Source: an uncultured Desulfospira sp.
GTDB lineage: Bacteria; Desulfobacterota; Desulfobacteria; Desulfobacterales; Desulfobacteraceae
Reading direction: 5' to 3'
Length of the DNA stretch: 64,000 bases
NCBI GenBank assembly: GCA_963663165.1
Contig: OY760175.1
Span: 3,392,001 to 3,456,000, forward strand
The position numbers and the translations under genes were made by a program. Of the stretch, positions 58,019 to 64,000 are shown one piece after another. Each line of letters opens with the position of its first letter. Position 1 is the first letter of the stretch. The notes beneath the pieces are model-generated. The model did not search any database, was not told the DNA's origin, and saw only the letters and a program-made list of their open reading frames with translations.

Positions 58019-59980
58019 ATGGCATTACCTAACAAACCTGTCGGAGAGCTTAAAGCAGTAAGAGACCCCGAGGTTGTGAAAAAAGATGTTGACGTTCTGA
58101 TCATCGGCGGCGGTATGGCTGCCTGCGGAACGGCATTTGAAATTAAAAAATGGGCTGATGAAGGCACCAAAATCCTGCTTTGCGACAAAGCAGCCCTTGA
58201 AAGATCCGGCGCTGTTGCCCAGGGTCTGTCCGCCATCAACACCTACATTGGCGAAAACAAACCTGAAGATTATGTCCGCATGGTCAGAAACGACCTGATG
58301 GGTATTGTCCGTGAAGACCTGATCTTTGACTTGGGCCGTCACGTTGACGATTCCGTTCATCTGTTTGAAGAATGGGGACTTCCCATCTGGAAAAAAACCG
58401 ATGACGGCAAAAACCTTAACGGCAAACAGGGCATGAAAGCCGGCACCCTCAAAGGCGGCGCTACACCTGTTCGTACCGGTAAATGGCAGATCATGATCAA
58501 CGGTGAATCTTACAAGAGAATCGTTGCTGAAGCCGGTAAAAAAGCCCTTGGCGAAGAAAACATCCTTGAAAGATGCTTCATCGTTGAACTTCTCAACGAC
58601 AAAGAAGATCCCACAAGAGTTGCCGGCGCCGTTGGTTTCTCCGTTCGTGAAAACAAAGTATACATCATCAACGCAAAGGTTATGATGGTTGCCTGCGGCG
58701 GCGCTGTAAACATTTACCAGCCCCGTTCCGTTGCTGAAGGTAAAGGCCGCGCATGGTATCCCGTATGGAATGCCGGTTCTACTTACACCATGGCCCTGAG
58801 AGCCGGTGCAGAACTGTCCATGATGGAAAACCGTTTCACCCCGGCCCGTTTTAAAGATGGTTACGGCCCTGTTGGTGCCTGGTTCCTGCTGTTCAAAGCC
58901 AAAACCGTTAATGGCCTTGGTGAAAACTATGCCGGTTCCGACGAAGCCAAAGCAGAGTTGGAAAAATATGCACCTTACGGAACGGCTGCCGTTACCCCGA
59001 CCTGTCTGAGAAACCATCTCATGATGAAAGAGTACAAAGAAGGCCGTGGTCCCATCATCATGAAGACCTCCGAAGCCCTTGCCGTTCTCGGCGAAACCAT
59101 GGACAAGAAAGAACTCAAGCATCTGGAATCAGAAGCATGGGAAGACTTCCTTGACATGTCCGTTGGCCAGGCCGGTCTCTGGTGCGCCACCAACACCGAA
59201 CCTGAAAAGAAAGACTCTGAAATTATGCCGACCGAACCGTACCTGCTCGGTTCTCACTCCGGCTGCTGCGGTCTGTGGTGTTCTGGTCCCGAAGAAGACT
59301 GGGTACCCGACAGCTACAAATGGGGCTACAACAGAATGACCACCGTTAAGGGTCTGTTCACTGCCGGTGACGGCGTTGGCTGCTCCGGTCATAAGTTCTC
59401 TTCCGGTTCCCATGCTGAAGGACGTATCATTGCCAAGTCCATGCTTCAGTACCTGAAAGCCGAAGGCGACAAGGTTACCGGTTTCAAAGAAACCGACCAG
59501 GAACTGGTTGACTACGTATACAAACCCGTAAGAAACTATCTGGACAACTTTGAATATACCACTGACCAGAACGTTAACCCGAAATATTGCAAACCTGCTG
59601 GCATGGCCATGCGTCTGATGAAGATGACCAATGAGTATGGTGCTGGTACCGGTACGTTCTACATGACTTCCGGCAAAAACCTTGAGATCCTCATGGACCT
59701 GTTTGAAATGTTCCGTGAAGACCTTGAAAACATTGGCGCCGGTGACCTGCATGAGCTGATGAGAGCATGGGAAATCACCCATCGTCTCTACACGGTTCAG
59801 GCCCACACCCGTCACATCCAGTTCCGTGAAGAATCAAGATACCCCGGTTTCTACTACAGAGGCGACTACATGGGACAGAACGATGATGAATGGTTCTGCT
59901 TCACCAACTCCTCTTACAACAAAGAAACCAACGAATGGACACTGAAGAAAGTTCCGTACATTAAGATCATTTCTGACTAG
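58019..59980 (+). CDS. aprA: Adenylylsulfate reductase alpha subunit
   Basis: RSGAVAQGLSAINTY, WQIMINGESYK, RFKDGYGPVGAWFL and HKFSSGS motifs. Confidence 0.99.
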   Translation: MALPNKPVGELKAVRDPEVVKKDVDVLIIGGGMAACGTAFEIKKWADEGTKILLCDKAALERSGAVAQGLSAINTYIGENKPEDYVRMVRNDLMGIVREDLIFDLGRHVDDSVHLFEEWGLPIWKKTDDGKNLNGKQGMKAGTLKGGATPVRTGKWQIMINGESYKRIVAEAGKKALGEENILERCFIVELLNDKEDPTRVAGAVGFSVRENKVYIINAKVMMVACGGAVNIYQPRSVAEGKGRAWYPVWNAGSTYTMALRAGAELSMMENRFTPARFKDGYGPVGAWFLLFKAKTVNGLGENYAGSDEAKAELEKYAPYGTAAVTPTCLRNHLMMKEYKEGRGPIIMKTSEALAVLGETMDKKELKHLESEAWEDFLDMSVGQAGLWCATNTEPEKKDSEIMPTEPYLLGSHSGCCGLWCSGPEEDWVPDSYKWGYNRMTTVKGLFTAGDGVGCSGHKFSSGSHAEGRIIAKSMLQYLKAEGDKVTGFKETDQELVDYVYKPVRNYLDNFEYTTDQNVNPKYCKPAGMAMRLMKMTNEYGAGTGTFYMTSGKNLEILMDLFEMFREDLENIGAGDLHELMRAWEITHRLYTVQAHTRHIQFREESRYPGFYYRGDYMGQNDDEWFCFTNSSYNKETNEWTLKKVPYIKIISD

Positions 59981-60019
59981 CGCTGAAAGTCGTTCTTAAA
60001 GTACGAACCAAGTGATATT

Positions 60020-60058
60020 AACCTCCAGGTGCTGGTCCCCAGTGCCTGGGGGTTTTTT
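60020..60058 (+). terminator. Intrinsic terminator after aprA
   Basis: AACCTCCAGGTGCTGG/CCAGTGCCTGGGGGTT stem plus a T-run. Confidence 0.8.
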
Positions 60059-60242
60059 CAGATTTTAGGCCTTTTACGGTCGTCTTCCTGTCTCCTTTTT
60101 TGTAAGGATATCAGCAAAAGACTTTAGATTTAACGCATTGTTACCGGCTGATATGATTAGAAAACAGGAGATAAGGATGCCCGCAAAAGGCATGACCTTT
60201 AATGATTAAAGCTTAAACAACTCAAATGCACGGAGGGACAGC

Positions 60243-61517
60243 ATGACAACAGATAATTCAGCCCCGATGAGTGGAAGTATTATGGTGGTTGGTGGTGGAA
60301 TCAGCGGCCTTACGACTGCTCTCGAAGCTGCCGAAGTCGGGTATGAGGTTTTCCTTGTGGAAAAGGAAGCATCCCTTGGTGGAAGGGTATCTCAGTTGAA
60401 ACACTACTTCCCCAAACTCTGCCCGCCCACATGCGGACTGGAAATCAACTACAGACGGCTAAAAGACAACAAAAACATTAAAGTGTTTACCCTGTCCGAA
60501 GTCCAGAAGGTTGACGGCAAACCCGGTGACTACACAGTTACCGTGAAAACCGCCCCAAGGTATGTAAATGAGAACTGCACGGCCTGCGGTGAATGCGCCA
60601 AGGTCTGTGAAACTGAAATTTCCAACGATTTCAACTTTGGCATGGACCGCAGAAAAGCCGCCTATCTTCCCCACAACATGGCATTTCCCCAGCGGTATGT
60701 CATGGATCCGGCCATGGGCACGGATGACCGGGAAAAGGTCAAAGAAGCCTGTAAATACGATGCCATTGATTTTGACATGGAAGAAAAAACCTTTGATCTG
60801 AAAGTCGGCGCCATTGTATGGAATACCGGCTGGCAGCCCTATGACGCCACCCGCATCGACAACCTCGGATTCGGCCGTTACCAGAACATCATTACCAATA
60901 TGATGCTGGAAAGAATGGCCTCTTTAAACGGCCCCACACAAGGAAAAATTCTGCGGCCGTCCGATGACAAAGCACCTGAAACCATTGCCTTTGCCCAATG
61001 CGCCGGTTCCAGGGATGAAAATCACCTTCCCTACTGCTCTTATATCTGTTGCATGGCTTCCTTGAAACATGCCACCTATCTGAGAGCCCAGTATCCCGAT
61101 GCCAAGATTTACATTTACTATATTGACTTGCGAACACCGGGCAGAAAATATGAAAATTTCTATGCCAAACTCAAAGAGGATGAAAACATATTTTTTGTCA
61201 AAGGCAAAGTGGCTGAAGTCAGTGAAGAAGCAGGAACAGGCAACATTAACCTGGTGGCTGAGGATACCATCTCCGGTGAAAAAGTCAGACAGACCGTTGA
61301 CATGCTCGTTCTGGCCACCGGCATGCAGCCCACGGCTGCCATTGACAAGCCGGTTGCCGATCTGACCTTTACCGAAGAAGGTTTTATCGTGAATGACTTT
61401 TCCAAAGGCGGCATGTTTGCTGCAGGCTGTGCCAACAAGCCTGCCGACGTTGTCACCTCTAACCAGAATGCCACCGGCATGGCCCTTAAAGCCATTCAGA
61501 CCCTTGTAAGGAGGTAA
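60243..61517 (+). CDS. qmoA: QmoA (HdrA-like)
   Basis: VGGGISG, YFPKLCPP.CG and QCAGSRDENHL.YCS..CC motifs; follows aprA. Confidence 0.95.
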   Translation: MTTDNSAPMSGSIMVVGGGISGLTTALEAAEVGYEVFLVEKEASLGGRVSQLKHYFPKLCPPTCGLEINYRRLKDNKNIKVFTLSEVQKVDGKPGDYTVTVKTAPRYVNENCTACGECAKVCETEISNDFNFGMDRRKAAYLPHNMAFPQRYVMDPAMGTDDREKVKEACKYDAIDFDMEEKTFDLKVGAIVWNTGWQPYDATRIDNLGFGRYQNIITNMMLERMASLNGPTQGKILRPSDDKAPETIAFAQCAGSRDENHLPYCSYICCMASLKHATYLRAQYPDAKIYIYYIDLRTPGRKYENFYAKLKEDENIFFVKGKVAEVSEEAGTGNINLVAEDTISGEKVRQTVDMLVLATGMQPTAAIDKPVADLTFTEEGFIVNDFSKGGMFAAGCANKPADVVTSNQNATGMALKAIQTLVRR

Positions 61518-63862
61518 TGAAAACCATGGATAAAAAATACGGCGTATATATCTGCACAGGCTGTGGAATCGGCGATACCCTGGACATGGAAGCTCTGGAG
61601 GGTGTTCCGGACGAAGAAGGTGTCAATTGCACCACCCATCCGTTCCTGTGCTCCAAAGAAGGTGTGGAACTCATCCAGAAAGATATTGATGAAGGCAAAT
61701 GCAATACCATGGTCATTGCGGCCTGTTCCAGAAGGGTCAATTTTGACGTATTCAATTTTGCCGGGTGTATTGTTGAGCGTGTGAACTTAAGAGAAGGCGT
61801 GGTATGGCCCCACTCCAGGGAAACCTACCCGGCTCTTGCCGAAGACCAGAAAGATGACGGAGAACATTTTGATCCGGTCCAGATGAAAGCCGAGGACTAC
61901 ATCAAAATGGGCATGATCCGCACAGAAAAAGTCAAACTGCCCGAACCTTATAAAACCGAGTCTTTTTCCAAGAAAATTCTGGTTCTCGGCGGCGGTGTTA
62001 CCGGCATGGCAGCCGCCTTGGATGCCGCCAAGACTGGTTATGACGTCACCATTGTTGAAAAAACCGCTGCCTTGGGGGGGTATGCCGCCAAGCTTAGAAG
62101 CCAGATGCCGGTCAAAGAGCCCTTTGAATCGCTTCAGGCCCCGGTGGTGGACGCCATGGTCCAGGAGATCCAGAGTTTCTCCAATATTGATGTCCGGACC
62201 AACTGCGAAGTGGCCCGTATTGCCGGTCAGCCCGGTGAATTCACCGTAACCTTTAAAAAACCCGGTGAAAAAGTCCCCTTTGACGTTCCCTTCCCACTGC
62301 CTGAAGAAATGCTGGTAGATGAGAACGGCAAGGAACTCAACGCAGAAGACGCCCATGCCAAATACCTTGAGTACAACGCAGGTAGAGAAGATATCCTGAA
62401 ACTGGACCCCAACGGTGAACTTTACGGTGCGGTGGTTCTGGCTGCCGGCTGGCGGCCTGATGTCCTCAAGGGCGAAGCTTTCGAACACCTTGGACTGGAT
62501 CTGCCCGACGTCATCACCAACCACGAGTTTGAGCAGATTGCCGCCAAGGGAAAAATCGTGAGACCCTCTGACGGAAAAGAAGCCAAAAACGTGGTCTTCA
62601 TCCAGTCTCCGGGCAAGGATGAGGATGATTCCGATTTTGAATACACCGGTTCGGTTACCTCCCAGGTAGCCTTAAAACAGGCCAAATACGTCAGGGAAGA
62701 CTACGAAGACGGCAAGGCCTATATCATCTACCAGCACATGAGAACCCCGGGTCTCCAGGAAAACTTTTACAAAAGCATGCAGCAGGATGACGGTATTTTC
62801 ATGACCAAAGGCGCGGTCACTCAGGTTGAATCCCAGGGCGGCGGCCTTGCGGTCACTGCCACCAACACCCTTCTTGGGGACAACCTGGGCATCCAGGCTG
62901 ACCTGGTTGTGGTTGCCAGCGGCATGGTACCGGTGACCAAAGATGATCCCATCATCAACCTGGCCTACCGCCAGGGCCCGGGATTCAGGGATAACGATAT
63001 CTTTGGCCAGTATGCCGACTCCAACTATATCTGCTTTCCTTATGAGACTCAGAGAACCGGTATTTACGCGGCGGGCACCGTAAGACGGGCCATGACCATT
63101 GAAGAGTGTATCGAGGATGCATCCGGTGCTGCCCTTAAAGCCATTCAGTGTATAGAAAGTGCTAACCGCGGCATGGCTGTTCACCCCAGATCCGGTGACA
63201 TGACCTATCCGGACTTTTTCTTCCAGAGATGCACCCAGTGCAAGAGATGTACGGTTGAGTGCCCCTTCGGCGCACTGGACGATGATGAAAGAGGAACCCC
63301 TAAGGCCAACCCGACCCGCTGCCGCCGTTGCGGTACCTGCATGGGTGCCTGCCCTGAGAGGATCATCTCTTTTGCCGATTACACCATTGACAGTATTGGT
63401 TCCCAGGTCAAGGCTGTGGGTGTCCCGTCTGAAGACGACTATGATGAACCGCCCCTGCGCTTCCTTGCTTTGATTTGCGAAAACGATGCCTATCCTGCCC
63501 TGGATATGGTCGGCATGAACAAAATTGATTATTCCCCCAATGTCCGGGTCATTCCGGTCCGGTGCCTGGGGTCTGTGAACACCATCTGGATCAAAGACGC
63601 CCTGGCCCAGGGCATGGACGGTGTTATTCTCATCGGGTGCAAACACGGTGATGATTACCAGTGCCATTTTGTCAAAGGTTCCGAGCTTGCCGAAATCAGG
63701 GTCAAGAAAATCGGGGATGCCCTGGCCAGCCTGGCCCTTGAAGAAGAGCGCGTGGCCTTTGCAGAAGTTGCCATTGATGAATATGATAAACTGCCCGGAA
63801 TCATCAATGAGTTTGTAGACGAAGTTGAAGGCCTTGGTCCGAACCCCTTCAAAGGATTCTAA
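61517..63862 (+). CDS. qmoB: QmoB (HdrA-like + ferredoxin + MvhD domain)
   Basis: YICTGC, CTQCKRCT.ECP, CRRCGTCMGACP, CENDAYPA, GCK.GDDYQCH and GPNPFKGF motifs. Confidence 0.96.
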   Translation: MKTMDKKYGVYICTGCGIGDTLDMEALEGVPDEEGVNCTTHPFLCSKEGVELIQKDIDEGKCNTMVIAACSRRVNFDVFNFAGCIVERVNLREGVVWPHSRETYPALAEDQKDDGEHFDPVQMKAEDYIKMGMIRTEKVKLPEPYKTESFSKKILVLGGGVTGMAAALDAAKTGYDVTIVEKTAALGGYAAKLRSQMPVKEPFESLQAPVVDAMVQEIQSFSNIDVRTNCEVARIAGQPGEFTVTFKKPGEKVPFDVPFPLPEEMLVDENGKELNAEDAHAKYLEYNAGREDILKLDPNGELYGAVVLAAGWRPDVLKGEAFEHLGLDLPDVITNHEFEQIAAKGKIVRPSDGKEAKNVVFIQSPGKDEDDSDFEYTGSVTSQVALKQAKYVREDYEDGKAYIIYQHMRTPGLQENFYKSMQQDDGIFMTKGAVTQVESQGGGLAVTATNTLLGDNLGIQADLVVVASGMVPVTKDDPIINLAYRQGPGFRDNDIFGQYADSNYICFPYETQRTGIYAAGTVRRAMTIEECIEDASGAALKAIQCIESANRGMAVHPRSGDMTYPDFFFQRCTQCKRCTVECPFGALDDDERGTPKANPTRCRRCGTCMGACPERIISFADYTIDSIGSQVKAVGVPSEDDYDEPPLRFLALICENDAYPALDMVGMNKIDYSPNVRVIPVRCLGSVNTIWIKDALAQGMDGVILIGCKHGDDYQCHFVKGSELAEIRVKKIGDALASLALEEERVAFAEVAIDEYDKLPGIINEFVDEVEGLGPNPFKGF

Positions 63863-63898
63863 CGATCGGTTACCCATACAATATGGAGGTGTAAAAAT

Positions 63899-64000
63899 AT
63901 GTCTGAAAAATATCTTGCTCAACCGGATCTTGGCTTTATTGCCCAGGTAAGGGGTTTAGGCGGAGAGACATTAAAAAAATGTTTTCAATGCGCCACATGT
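63899..64000 (+). CDS. qmoC: QmoC, 5' fragment running off the window
   Basis: MSEKYLAQPDLGFI....GLGGETLKKCFQCATC after a GGAGG RBS. Confidence 0.9.
   Translation, partial: MSEKYLAQPDLGFIAQVRGLGGETLKKCFQCATC

Noticed and set aside
58025..63922. Long antisense ORFs opposite aprA and qmoB (365, 228, 245 and 416 aa)
   Set aside because: Shadow ORFs expected from the strong codon bias of highly expressed genes; no recognisable motifs.

Overview
Chromosomal segment of a sulfate-reducing Desulfobacterota bacterium; gene content and style suggest Desulfobacteraceae (inference). Core blocks: infC-rpmI-rplT-pheST, tRNA-Gly(CCC)-rimP-nusA-infB-rbfA-truB-rpsO-pnp, csoR-copZ-copA and aprBA-qmoAB(C). 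The accessory part (1-30 kb) holds an FeS/LuxR regulator with a DUF3786 gene, a TAXI-TRAP/Usp operon, a BKACE/RpiR/class-III aminotransferase unit, ppk1, a PLP enzyme-DUF1611-epimerase (dgcN/dgcA-like) operon, a DUF4157 (eCIS/T6SS-like) relic, TetR-sulfotransferase, and a TonB receptor/AraC/PepSY/MATE iron-uptake-like locus. Most notable observations: (1) a dispersed ~90-bp two-hairpin element in four TTA-flanked copies with compensatory changes, including a tandem pair abutting an AraC pseudogene; (2) a YeiE/CysL-like LysR regulator divergent from aprBA, possibly sensing sulfite; (3) a shared 18-bp palindrome suggesting a regulon for the FeS-LuxR protein; (4) a 161-bp palindromic insertion with a 6-bp target duplication in the rimP leader; (5) a long RNA stem between aprA and qmoA. 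All family assignments come from motif recognition by eye, not from database searches.
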